DNA of 50,864 nt from a virus (Duplodnaviria; Heunggongvirae; Uroviricota; Caudoviricetes): IMG/VR virus record IMGVR_UViG_2695420685_000015. One strand, 5' to 3'. Below the pieces are notes generated by a model, which saw only the letters and a program-made list of their open reading frames with translations, did no database searches and was not told where the DNA came from. Positions 36,425 to 45,937 of this stretch are shown one piece after another (position 1 is the stretch's first letter; the number at the start of each line of letters is the position of its first letter). The position numbers and the translations under genes are program-made.

Positions 36425-36888
36425 AATACGATGCGCATCAGTTCAAACGTGCGGGGAATAGACTCAACAACAGCCAGAAAGCATTTAAGCGATATCTTAT
36501 TCGGGACATGGAAAAGCTGGCGCGTTTGGTTGAGCGTCTCAGCCGTGCAATGGCCCCGCTGGAAACCGGATCTCTGGAGACAGCCATCTTTGCCAGGGTG
36601 ATTAAAGAAGGTTATTCAGGGCTGCGTATTGAGCTTTCTGTGTCTGGAGCAAAACCACGTCAGGGGCATCCGGGCGTAGAAGTAGGTGACTATGCTAAGT
36701 ACATGGAGCTGGGTAAATACCGACTCGGTTATCTTTCTCGAATGAAGAACGTGACAAACCCACCAATTGCCGGTGTTAAACCCCGTGTTGGGCCACACTT
36801 TCTGGAAAGAGCGGTGGAAATTAGCGAGAAGCAGTTCTCAGAAGCGATTCTTGAGGCTGCCAGAAAAGCCGGATTTACGAGAGGTTAA
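36415..36888 (+). CDS. head-tail joining protein (hypothetical)
   Basis: 157 aa, overlapping start. Confidence 0.5.
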   Translation: MGLKYDAHQFKRAGNRLNNSQKAFKRYLIRDMEKLARLVERLSRAMAPLETGSLETAIFARVIKEGYSGLRIELSVSGAKPRQGHPGVEVGDYAKYMELGKYRLGYLSRMKNVTNPPIAGVKPRVGPHFLERAVEISEKQFSEAILEAARKAGFTRG

Positions 36889-36889
36889 T

Positions 36890-37273
36890 GTGTTTATTGA
36901 AGCGTTTGCAAGTTTGATGCAGAAGGCAAAGATTGGCACGGTCGGGACTGACATTTTCTGTCACTACTTGCCTGCCAATGTGAAATCTGGCGTCCTGCTT
37001 ATTAACCCAAATACCGGTATCAGCATCGATCATGAGCTACAGGGCTTTTATCTCGAATCATTCACAATCATTGTGCGTGGTTCGTCAATTACTACGACGG
37101 TTGAGAAAGCCAATAAAATCATTGAGATGTTTCCAGTAGAGGAAACGGAATCTGGTGGTGTTTATTTTCGACTTGTACGACCGATGGCGATGCCAATCAT
37201 TTATCCCAAAAATGATGGGGCATTAATAGAAGCAGGCATTCCTGTTGAATTTGCTGGCTATTTATTGAATTAA
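36890..37273 (+). CDS. tail completion / tail terminator-like protein (hypothetical)
   Basis: GTG start with GAGAGG RBS; 127 aa; directly upstream of major tail gene. Confidence 0.45.
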   Translation: MFIEAFASLMQKAKIGTVGTDIFCHYLPANVKSGVLLINPNTGISIDHELQGFYLESFTIIVRGSSITTTVEKANKIIEMFPVEETESGGVYFRLVRPMAMPIIYPKNDGALIEAGIPVEFAGYLLN

Positions 37274-37280
37274 CTCAATT

Positions 37281-37298
37281 AGTAAGTATATACTTACT
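37281..37298. promoter_or_regulatory. class-B palindrome copy
   Basis: agtaagtatatacttact perfect palindrome, 50 nt upstream of major tail ATG. Confidence 0.45.
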
Positions 37299-37347
37299 AT
37301 TAGCGCAATGAATGCGTAGAATTAACGGAAAAAGGAGTTTTCCATCA

Positions 37348-38094
37348 ATGTCTAATACCCATGTAAAAAACATCAAACTTGGTGCCTGTAAGGTGTCGTT
37401 TGGTGGTGTGGATTTGGGTTACACCAAAGGTGGTGTTCAGGTTGAAGTAGCCACTGAAACGCTGAAAGTCACCGTCGATCAGTTGGGGCAGACCGTAATT
37501 TCCGAATTAGTTCAGGGGCGCAACATTACCATCACCGCGCCTCTGGCTGAGTCTGTACTCCAAAACATGGTTGACCTGATGCCTGGTTCTACTCTGAGCG
37601 AAGATGACAACTCTGTCACGATCACATCTGCACAGGGCGTTAACCTGATTGATGTGGCGAAGGAGCTGGTTCTGACTCCGCAGGACACCACCGACTATGT
37701 GTTGACCATCCCGAAAGCGGCAACCGCGGGCAACTTCACTATGACCTACCAGTCTGATGATGTTCGTGTGTTCTCTGTTCAGTTCAGCGCATACCCTGAT
37801 GACGAAGGCGTTCTGGGAAGAATGAGCGGCCCTAAACCGGTAAAAACTGTGTCGATCGCACCGGAATCTCCAACCGTAAAAGCTGGAGAAACTGTGCAAC
37901 TGACAGCCGAAATCACTCCAGCTGATGCCGCAGACAAAACCGGTGTTTGGGAATCCGAAGACCAGGAAAAGGCCACGGTAGATCAAACGGGTCTTGTGCG
38001 CGGTGTGGCGCAGGGTACTGCAAACATCTCCTTCACCAGCAATAGCGGTTCTAAGAAGGCTACTAAGTCAGTAACGATTAACTCCGCAGGTTAA
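37348..38094 (+). CDS. major tail protein with C-terminal Ig-like (Big_2) domain
   Basis: ATG with AAAAGGAG RBS; 248 aa; C-terminal VKTVSIAPESPTVKAGETVQLTAEI...ATKSVTI Big_2-type repeat, as in lambda gpV. Confidence 0.7.
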   Translation: MSNTHVKNIKLGACKVSFGGVDLGYTKGGVQVEVATETLKVTVDQLGQTVISELVQGRNITITAPLAESVLQNMVDLMPGSTLSEDDNSVTITSAQGVNLIDVAKELVLTPQDTTDYVLTIPKAATAGNFTMTYQSDDVRVFSVQFSAYPDDEGVLGRMSGPKPVKTVSIAPESPTVKAGETVQLTAEITPADAADKTGVWESEDQEKATVDQTGLVRGVAQGTANISFTSNSGSKKATKSVTINSAG

Positions 38095-38107
38095 TCAGTA
38101 ATTAAGC

Positions 38108-38133
38108 AGAGGCTCAGGATGAGCCTCTCTTTT
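38108..38133 (+). terminator. terminator between major tail and chaperone genes
   Basis: agaggctcaggatgagcctct then cttttaaaa. Confidence 0.6.
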
Positions 38134-38149
38134 AAAAGGATTTTAACCA

Positions 38150-38467
38150 ATGACCAAATTACTCGATCTCGATTCCATTCTGCCTCCGAAGAAAAGCATC
38201 AAATTTGGCGGTCAGGAATATCCCATCGTTGAAATGACGGTAGGTTTGTTCGTTTCCATCAAGCAGATGGAAGGCAAAGATCTCATGAACATGTCTCCTG
38301 TTGAGCAAGTGACAGCTTATGCAGATCTGGTTCGTAAGGTTATCCCTTCAGTGCCTGATGAAGTTCTTGAAAAACTGACTGTTCCGCAACTCCAGCAGAT
38401 CTTCACCTTCGCTATGGAAGTGATTGATGAAGAAAACGAAAAAGCGGCTGGCGAAGGGGCAAAGTAA
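38150..38467 (+). CDS. tail assembly chaperone (lambda G-like)
   Basis: 105 aa, acidic C-terminus, position between major tail and tape measure. Confidence 0.65.
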   Translation: MTKLLDLDSILPPKKSIKFGGQEYPIVEMTVGLFVSIKQMEGKDLMNMSPVEQVTAYADLVRKVIPSVPDEVLEKLTVPQLQQIFTFAMEVIDEENEKAAGEGAK

Positions 38468-38817
38468 TTTCCCGTGATGAATCCGGGACAAGGACCGTCT
38501 CAATAGATCTCGGATTCTATTTCAGTCGTGTAGTTGCTCACTACGCCGTGTCGCCATTAGAGCTACTGAACGTTCCTCTCACGATGTTCTGGATGCTCAG
38601 TCGCAATATAGACCGTCTGCGTGCGGAAGAGGATGTCCGCAACTTACAAGTCGCTCGTGCGTCCCAGGCGGATGGCGAGGCTGTGAAGGCGTTCATGGAG
38701 GGTTTGCAACTCAGGATTGGAAGACCAGTCGTAACAGATAAAGTCTACGATCCAAGCCAGGATAAGGCAGACCCTGACGCCAAAGAGCAACTGATGCAAA
38801 TATTTGGCAGAGGATGA
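38431..38817 (+). CDS. tail assembly chaperone frameshift extension (lambda GT-like, -1 frame)
   Basis: The -1 frame is open from 38431, overlapping the last 12 G codons, and runs to TGA 38817; slip site not identified. Confidence 0.5.
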   Translation, partial: RKRKSGWRRGKVISRDESGTRTVSIDLGFYFSRVVAHYAVSPLELLNVPLTMFWMLSRNIDRLRAEEDVRNLQVARASQADGEAVKAFMEGLQLRIGRPVVTDKVYDPSQDKADPDAKEQLMQIFGRG

Positions 38818-38824
38818 CAAGGGA

Positions 38825-41800
38825 ATGTCACAAAACGTAGAGTTTATCCTGTCGCTGGAAGACAAACAGTTTACAGCGTCAATCGATCGTGCGGGGAAAC
38901 TGCTTACTCGATTTGGTGAGCAGGTAACAAAGCCTGCTCAAAAAATCCAAACCTTTGAACGCTCTTTGGGTTCGGTCGCCCGTATCATTCGCGTTCTGGA
39001 AAGCAAGCTCGATTCTACGGCAGATAAACTACAGGATGTAGCTGCCGGTTTTGAGCTTGCTTCAGATGCTACGCGTAAAATGCGTGGTAACATCACCAGC
39101 CTCAATTCTGGTCTTAAAGCCCTGATTGAGCGCGTCGATACGACAACTTCTTCAGTAGATAAACTCACCGCGTCATTACGTAAAGTGCAATCAGAGCTAA
39201 ATGATTTCTCTGATTGGTCGACCTATGCAAGCAAAAGCGCAAGCCGCTTTGGTACGGAGGTCAAAGAGGCCTCTGCGTCCGTGAGTGGCATGAATACGCG
39301 CCTTAATACCACGACGAAGCGACTCAGTAATTGGGGTGTCACAACGAGCCAGGCTGCCGAGGGACTGAAAAAGGTTCGTGAGCAGATGGACGAAGTTATC
39401 GGACGTCAGCAACTGATTAGCAAGCCGGTACGCGTTCGTACATCTGGCAGTGGCGATGGTGGCAGCGGGCGGCGTAGCGGCTCTGGCCATAGCGGTAAAA
39501 GTAACGAAGGAGGTATGTTCTCTGGCCTTCGTGGCAACATTTTCCTGCTTGGCGAGATCGGAGATGCAGCCAGAACGGTTACTGACATCATGTTTGGATG
39601 GCAGAAGCCTATTGTTGAAGCTGCGGCCGAAATGGAACGTATGCGGGTGATGCTTCGTGGGTTGAATAAGGAGAAGTCTAACCCTGGCCAGGCTGCCGCC
39701 GATGACATGAAGTACATCGTAGACATGGCTCAAAATGCGCCGTTCGCGATGCAGGCGTTAACAGATTCCTTCGTGAAGTTTCGTTCTGCTGGCTTAGATC
39801 CAACCGATGGCTCTCTGAAGGCGCTGGTGGACTCCGTTGCTCGTTTTGGTGGTGATAGTGAGCTGTTGAAACGTGCGGCTGTGGCCGTTCAGCAGATGTC
39901 CGGTAAGGGCGTCGTGTCAATGGAAGAGCTACGTCAGCAATTAGGTGAAGCCGTTCCTAACGCGATGCAGGCAATGGCAGACGCCGCAGGCATCACTATG
40001 GGGGAACTGACTAAAGCCGTTGCCAGCGGTACGGTTGAGGCAAAACAGGCGTTGTCTCTGATGTTTGTTGGTCTGCGTGCGGAGAATGAGAACGCAGCGA
40101 AAGACATGATGCAAACCTACACAGGTGCGCTGGCGCAACTTCAGACGTCATTCACGTTATTTGCTGATCGGGTTGGTCAGGCCGGATATCTGGATTCTCT
40201 ATCGAAGGGGATGAAAGAACTGGCTTCAATCATGAATAGCGCCGAAGGGATTTCGTTTGCTAATTCTTTAGGTTCGGGGTTAACGACGGCAATCGATGGG
40301 TTGCGTCAGCTTGCTCAATGGTTAGCAAAGAACCAAGAGCTGGTAATTAATCTCGGTAAGGTCGTGGCCGCGATGGTTGCGTTCAAACTGATGCGTGCAG
40401 GGATTATGGGCGTAGTTGGTGCTGGCGGCCAGATGGTTAGTACCTTCGCCACGATGGCAACCGCCATACAGACTCCATTTAACCTCGGCGCTACAGCAGT
40501 AACTCGATTCAATCGTGCGGCACGTATGGGGTTGGCTCCGATCCCCTCTCTCATTTTCGCCATCCGTGGGGCGATTACGGGGCTGAAAGGCGCTTTTGCA
40601 GGATTAACGGCGTTCATTGCAGCAAACCCTATAGGGGCAGCATTTACAGTTGCCACTGTAGCTGTTGCTGGCCTAATCACGTACATGACCATGCTCCGCA
40701 GCGAAACTTCAAAGGTCGTTGACGAGATTAGGAAAATACCAGAAGCGATGACAGCGGCCAAACGTGCACAAATGGCCGACCGCGCAGAAAAGCTCGAAAA
40801 GCAGATTCTTGCTGATCAACGAGCATTAAAAACTGGTGAGGGTGTTAATTACGTATCTAACTCTGCCGGTGTTATTACTCACAAAGAGTCGAAGGCTGAC
40901 ATCGAAGCACGCCTGAAAAAAAATCAGGAAGAGTATCAAAAGATAACCGGCACGATAGCTCTTGGTGACGGCGCTGTAGCAAAGCGTTTGGCTAAAGAGG
41001 CTGCCGAATCTCAGATTGAGAAAATTCGAGCGGAAAACCAGATTTTCGCGGCAACATTCGTGAAAGCCCGGCAGGAGGCTCTGGATAAGATCCAGAAAAT
41101 CAATGATGACGGTTCACTTTCAGATGACGAAAAGAACAAGCTATTGGCACCGTTACGTGAAACGGTAAACAAAAGCTATCTGGAGCCTGCGCAAAAACTG
41201 GTTGATTCACTTTCTTCTCGTAAGAATGCTACCGAGAAGCAAATAGCGACTCTTAATGATCAGCTTGAAAAAGCCAAAAAAGATGGCAATACCGAGCAAA
41301 TCCAGAAACTGCAAGGCAGTATTCGTGGTTATCAGGAGCATTTGGAAGCCGTTGCTCAGGAACTGACACAGGCAGAGTTCGAGAGAGATAACGCGGCCAA
41401 AACTGGTAAGGGCGTAATGTCAAACCAGGGGACGGTTCTTGGGTTAGGTACAACTGATAAAGCTGCTCAGAAGGCGCTGGCGCAATATATGCGAAACCAG
41501 ATGGATTCTGCGACTTATCAGCGTACTTTGCCTGATGGCACTCCGATGAAGGACTTCGAAGGTAAGCCGATTATTGGGCCTAAACAACTCAAGACGCAGC
41601 TTAATTTGCAGAAAGCATCCAGTGCCAGCTCTCTGGAGAAAATGAGCGATGAAGAGCGTGCCGCAGCCATTGCCGCACTGACTAAAGCTCGTGAACAGGA
41701 TGCCGCAGCCGCCGAGAAAGCAGCCCAACGATCAGCTAATGCCTCGCAGCGTGCGGCCAAGAAAGAACAGGCAGCGCAACAGAAACTGGCGGCCGGATAT

Positions 41801-43393
41801 CAGAAGGCTCTGGATAAAGCCGATCAGCTTATGGGGCAAATGGGTGAAAGCTCTAAGGCTACGGTATCGTTTGATCAGTCTCTTCGCGATACAACGAAAT
41901 CGCTAACTGATTTGGCTAATGCGGTTCCTAACGAGTTCATCACTCAAGAGATGATCGACAAGGCGAAAAAACGTCTTGAAGACCTCAAAAATGCGACACC
42001 TGAATATCGCGAGATGTTTAATCGCCGCAATGTTGAGCAGATGATCTCCACTTGGGCACCGGAGGCGGATTCCATTATTAGTGCTGGCTATACGCCGTCT
42101 CGTGAAGAGAAAGTTGCTGATTTCGAAGACACCTACAACCGCAATCTCAAAGCGTTGATAGAACTTCGTGATAAGGCGTCTGATCCTAAAGTCGTGGCGC
42201 TTTATACAAAGAAAATCAATCAACTTATTGCTGCTGGCAATACCGCGCTTATTAAAGAGACGGGGACTGCGACGCAGAAGTTGGCACTGGAATACGAAAA
42301 CCTGGCAGAGCAGATTGAAAGCACCTGGACTGATTTGTTTAGTGGCTTAACTGATGTCCTGACTGATTTCGTTATTAACGGGAAGATGAGCTTCTCCAGC
42401 CTATCTCAGTCCATTTTGAAAGATATCACCAATATGGTCGTGAAGTCGCAAATCACGCTGCCTCTAATGAACATGTTGGGGATGGGAACCACCGCAGCTG
42501 GTAGTTCACAGAGTGGCAATTTGCTGACCGGGGTTGCTTCTGCCGTTGCCAATCAAGGTGTACGAATGGGCAACACTGTTAATGGCGACAAGTCGGTAGG
42601 AGAAGCCACGAAGGAGACGTCCAGTTCGGTAACTGGATTGGGGCAAACAACACAGCAGACCACCAGCGCAATTGGCACAGCAACAAATGCGATTGGTAGC
42701 TGGGTATCGGGGCTATTTGATAGCACCGAAGCCAAAGATGCTGAGACAAAAGCAGTGAAGGACTCCATCTTCTCGATGCAGAATCTCAGCTCTGTTACCG
42801 GCGCTCTGTCAGCCGCGTTTGCAATGCTTGGAGCTAATGCTTCCGGCTCTGGTAATAAGTGGTTGAATTTCGGCGCGACAGTTGCATCTGGTTTGGTTTC
42901 AGTATGGGCTGGTGGTGGATTCGATGGATTGATGTCCGGTTCTTCTGGCTCAACTTCCGGCTTCAACAATCTGACCAGTTCTGCTGCCGATGGCACGAAT
43001 GGTATTCCTGCAATTCCGAAGTTTGCAAATGGTGGCATATTTGGAAAAGACGGCGTGATCCCGCTCCGGGCATACCAGAAAGGCGGTATCGCCAACTCAC
43101 CTCAATTGGCGTTGTTTGGGGAAGGCGATATGAATGAGGCGTATGTTCCATTGCCTGATGGTCGAACAATCCCTGTAACGCTCAGTACCGATGGTATGAG
43201 TGGAGGAGGAAATGTTCTTTCTCCGGTATCAATTGAGATCAACGTCCATAGTGACGGTAGCACAACTGAATCCGGCGATACAGAAAGCATATGGAACAAT
43301 GCCGCTCAACGGATGAAAGCAATCGCGCTTGAGACTATCGCTCAAGAGAAACGCCCTGGCGGATCACTCAACCCAAACACTCAACGTAACTAA
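38825..43393 (+). CDS. tail tape measure protein
   Basis: 1522 aa from ATG 38825 (track start 38804 is TTG); long coiled-coil regions, Gly-rich hydrophobic segment, C-terminal Ser/Gly-rich region. Confidence 0.85.
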   Translation: MSQNVEFILSLEDKQFTASIDRAGKLLTRFGEQVTKPAQKIQTFERSLGSVARIIRVLESKLDSTADKLQDVAAGFELASDATRKMRGNITSLNSGLKALIERVDTTTSSVDKLTASLRKVQSELNDFSDWSTYASKSASRFGTEVKEASASVSGMNTRLNTTTKRLSNWGVTTSQAAEGLKKVREQMDEVIGRQQLISKPVRVRTSGSGDGGSGRRSGSGHSGKSNEGGMFSGLRGNIFLLGEIGDAARTVTDIMFGWQKPIVEAAAEMERMRVMLRGLNKEKSNPGQAAADDMKYIVDMAQNAPFAMQALTDSFVKFRSAGLDPTDGSLKALVDSVARFGGDSELLKRAAVAVQQMSGKGVVSMEELRQQLGEAVPNAMQAMADAAGITMGELTKAVASGTVEAKQALSLMFVGLRAENENAAKDMMQTYTGALAQLQTSFTLFADRVGQAGYLDSLSKGMKELASIMNSAEGISFANSLGSGLTTAIDGLRQLAQWLAKNQELVINLGKVVAAMVAFKLMRAGIMGVVGAGGQMVSTFATMATAIQTPFNLGATAVTRFNRAARMGLAPIPSLIFAIRGAITGLKGAFAGLTAFIAANPIGAAFTVATVAVAGLITYMTMLRSETSKVVDEIRKIPEAMTAAKRAQMADRAEKLEKQILADQRALKTGEGVNYVSNSAGVITHKESKADIEARLKKNQEEYQKITGTIALGDGAVAKRLAKEAAESQIEKIRAENQIFAATFVKARQEALDKIQKINDDGSLSDDEKNKLLAPLRETVNKSYLEPAQKLVDSLSSRKNATEKQIATLNDQLEKAKKDGNTEQIQKLQGSIRGYQEHLEAVAQELTQAEFERDNAAKTGKGVMSNQGTVLGLGTTDKAAQKALAQYMRNQMDSATYQRTLPDGTPMKDFEGKPIIGPKQLKTQLNLQKASSASSLEKMSDEERAAAIAALTKAREQDAAAAEKAAQRSANASQRAAKKEQAAQQKLAAGYQKALDKADQLMGQMGESSKATVSFDQSLRDTTKSLTDLANAVPNEFITQEMIDKAKKRLEDLKNATPEYREMFNRRNVEQMISTWAPEADSIISAGYTPSREEKVADFEDTYNRNLKALIELRDKASDPKVVALYTKKINQLIAAGNTALIKETGTATQKLALEYENLAEQIESTWTDLFSGLTDVLTDFVINGKMSFSSLSQSILKDITNMVVKSQITLPLMNMLGMGTTAAGSSQSGNLLTGVASAVANQGVRMGNTVNGDKSVGEATKETSSSVTGLGQTTQQTTSAIGTATNAIGSWVSGLFDSTEAKDAETKAVKDSIFSMQNLSSVTGALSAAFAMLGANASGSGNKWLNFGATVASGLVSVWAGGGFDGLMSGSSGSTSGFNNLTSSAADGTNGIPAIPKFANGGIFGKDGVIPLRAYQKGGIANSPQLALFGEGDMNEAYVPLPDGRTIPVTLSTDGMSGGGNVLSPVSIEINVHSDGSTTESGDTESIWNNAAQRMKAIALETIAQEKRPGGSLNPNTQRN

Positions 43394-43435
43394 CTATCGA
43401 CTGCCCCGGTCGGGGCAGTCTCACAAGGATGTGAG

Positions 43436-43771
43436 ATGGAAAGACAAACGTTTAATTGGTATCCAGATTACGAATCTGAAAAAAGCGTAAAACCGAATGT
43501 AACGGTACTTAATTTTGGTGATGACTACGAGCAGCGACAGGCTCAAGGTCTTAATCGTATTAAAGAAGAATGGTCGTTAACCTTTACCAGATCATACAAC
43601 GAAATTAATGCAATCGATGACTTCCTGACTGAGCGATCAGGCGTTGAATCGTTCTATTGGGTTAATCCAAGAGGCAAGCAGATTGTAGTTGTATGTGACA
43701 GTCATACGGTCAAGCGATATCAGGGGCACTGTGTCTTAACTGCTACATTCAGACAAGTATTTGAGGCTTAA
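43436..43771 (+). CDS. minor tail protein (lambda M-like)
   Basis: 111 aa, position immediately after tape measure. Confidence 0.6.
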   Translation: MERQTFNWYPDYESEKSVKPNVTVLNFGDDYEQRQAQGLNRIKEEWSLTFTRSYNEINAIDDFLTERSGVESFYWVNPRGKQIVVVCDSHTVKRYQGHCVLTATFRQVFEA

Positions 43772-43779
43772 GTATCTGG

Positions 43780-43800
43780 ATAAGTAAGTACTAATTTACT
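43780..43800. promoter_or_regulatory. class-B element
   Basis: ataagtaagtactaatttact followed by hairpin ggcgctgacaggatgttagcgcc. Confidence 0.4.
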
Positions 43801-43853
43801 ATCATTGTGGCGCTGACAGGATGTTAGCGCCTACTTATTTCAAGGATGAAACA

Positions 43854-44552
43854 ATGGGAATTAAAGCTGATATTCAGAGCTTATCTCCCTCTGCACTCAT
43901 TGAGTTGTTCGTACTGGATATGTCGAACACAACTTCAGGGGGGAAGCTATTCTTCCACGCCGGAACAAACGAACTGATGCAACCGGTCGTCTGGCAAGGG
44001 GTGACATACGAGCCGTGGCCAATCAAAGCATCAGGCTTTGACAAAACGGGCCAGGGAACGTTGCCACGTCCAAAAATTCAGGTATCGAACTTTGCCGGAA
44101 CCGTCTCTGCGGAAGTTCAGGCGAACGACGATCTTGTTGGCTGCCGCATTATTCGCAAGATGACGCTGGCTCGCTTCCTCGATGCCGTTAATTTTAAAGA
44201 CGGCAACCCAACAGCAGATCCAAACCAACATTTCCCTGATGAAATGTGGTTTATCGAACAGAAAACTCTCGAAACTCATCAGGTTGTCGAGTTTGAATTG
44301 TCCAGTGTGTTCGATTTGATGGGGGTGCAACTGCCGTATCGTCAGATCATTAAAAACACCTGCCCGTGGAAATACCGAGGGCCAGAATGCGGATATACCG
44401 GTCCATATTTCGACAAAAATAACCAGCAGACGTCTATGTCTGGTGCGGATTACTGCACAAAACGTTATGACGCCTGTAATGCGCGTCGGAATTATTTTGC
44501 CGACGGTGTGATCCATTTTGGCGGATTTATTGGAGCTACGCGGTATGGGTAA
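43854..44552 (+). CDS. minor tail protein L (lambda L-like)
   Basis: 232 aa; ARFLDAVNF and NTCPWKYRGPECGYTGP match conserved lambda gpL segments; first track ATG lies inside a hairpin. Confidence 0.8.
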   Translation: MGIKADIQSLSPSALIELFVLDMSNTTSGGKLFFHAGTNELMQPVVWQGVTYEPWPIKASGFDKTGQGTLPRPKIQVSNFAGTVSAEVQANDDLVGCRIIRKMTLARFLDAVNFKDGNPTADPNQHFPDEMWFIEQKTLETHQVVEFELSSVFDLMGVQLPYRQIIKNTCPWKYRGPECGYTGPYFDKNNQQTSMSGADYCTKRYDACNARRNYFADGVIHFGGFIGATRYG

Positions 44553-45342
44553 TAAAGCAATCCCTGAGCTTGGCTCTGACGTTATGCAGCAAATCTATCT
44601 CTGCGCCATAAATCGCTACCCTAATGAAGCGTGTGGCTTTCTGGTTAGAACTAATGGCGACAAATATCGCTTTATGGAAGCGCGGAATGTTTCGGAGAAC
44701 CCGCAGAACACTTTTGTAATGCACGTTGACGACATTATGGCGGCAGAGGATGCGGGTGATGTTATCGCAATCTGGCATTCACATACTGATGAATCAGCAG
44801 AAGCATCTGATGCCGATCGTGCAGGCTGCGAAGCGACGGAAGTTCCGTGGATGATTCTGGCTATTCGCAAGAATGTTGAGGGAGATGCCCCTTTCCATTT
44901 TAGCGAGATGAATGTGATCACACCTGATGGTTTCGAAATGCCATACCTGGGCAGACCGTATGTATTTGGCGTATTCGATTGCTGGATGTTGTGTCGGGAC
45001 TATTTGAAGCGTGAGTTTAACGTCGAACTAAACCCGAACGCACACCTGCATATTCCATCGTGGTACACCGGCGATAACGACATTCTCGACCAGAACTACC
45101 GAAACGAAGGATTGGTACGGCTTGCGCCCGGAACAGAGCCTCAACGTGGGGACATCTTCTTTATCCAATACGGGAAAATGCCTGACCACTGCGCGGTTTA
45201 TATCGGCGATGGAATGATTCTTCATCACCAGATCGACCGCCTTAGTTGTCGTGCTTATTACGGCGGAATGTATCAGAAACATACGACGCATCACTTGCGT
45301 CACAGAGACTTGCTCAAGGGAGATGAGACGTGTCTGAGTTAG
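44545..45342 (+). CDS. tail assembly protein K-like (MPN/JAMM plus NlpC/P60-like domains)
   Basis: ATG overlaps L stop; EACGFLV...AIWHSHTDESAEASDAD JAMM motif; C-terminal Cys/His region. Confidence 0.7.
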   Translation: MGNKAIPELGSDVMQQIYLCAINRYPNEACGFLVRTNGDKYRFMEARNVSENPQNTFVMHVDDIMAAEDAGDVIAIWHSHTDESAEASDADRAGCEATEVPWMILAIRKNVEGDAPFHFSEMNVITPDGFEMPYLGRPYVFGVFDCWMLCRDYLKREFNVELNPNAHLHIPSWYTGDNDILDQNYRNEGLVRLAPGTEPQRGDIFFIQYGKMPDHCAVYIGDGMILHHQIDRLSCRAYYGGMYQKHTTHHLRHRDLLKGDETCLS

Positions 45343-45920
45343 TTCATGTGCAGCTTGGCGGCCCTATGGCCAAACATTTTGGCCGCCACTGGCATTTAAA
45401 GGTGCGCAATACAAAACAGGCTCTGGATTTAATTGAGGCCAACAAGCCTGGGTTTAAAGCATGGATGAAGCGCAACATCAAAACCTATGACAGATACCAC
45501 ATCCAGATCACCAATAAACAGGGCCACAAGTGGTCTGTGGACGAGAGTGAATATCAGATGATGGGGCAGTCTGACAACATTGCCAAAATCCGCATTACCC
45601 CTGTTCCGCGAGGAAGTGGTGGATCTGCTTTTGGGTGGTTTCAGACGGTTGTTGGAGCAGTATTAATGGTTGCCTCGATATGGGTGCCCGCTCTTGCGCC
45701 TCTCGGTTTGTCACTGATGATGGGTGGTATAGCGCAAATCATATCTCCGCAAGCCACTAACGAAAGTGTGAGGCAGGCGGATAACTCGAACTCTTATTAC
45801 TTCGATGGACCTCAAAACACAACAAACCAGGGGAACCCTGTACAGCTTATCTATGGTGAGGAAATTTTAGTTGGCTCACAGGTCGTGAGTTCTTCTATCA
45901 CCATCGACCAGCTTATGTAA
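45330..45920 (+). CDS. tail assembly protein I-like
   Basis: GTG start with AAGGGAG RBS; 196 aa; hydrophobic central segment; immediately upstream of J. Confidence 0.6.
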   Translation: MSELVHVQLGGPMAKHFGRHWHLKVRNTKQALDLIEANKPGFKAWMKRNIKTYDRYHIQITNKQGHKWSVDESEYQMMGQSDNIAKIRITPVPRGSGGSAFGWFQTVVGAVLMVASIWVPALAPLGLSLMMGGIAQIISPQATNESVRQADNSNSYYFDGPQNTTNQGNPVQLIYGEEILVGSQVVSSSITIDQLM

Positions 45921-45937
45921 TCAAGGATTTTTTGGAC

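Noticed and set aside
39197-43299. Numerous ORFs of 60-180 aa on both strands inside the tape measure gene
   Set aside because: All are nested in the 4.6-kb tape-measure reading frame, which has strong codon bias and contiguous synteny; typical shadow ORFs.
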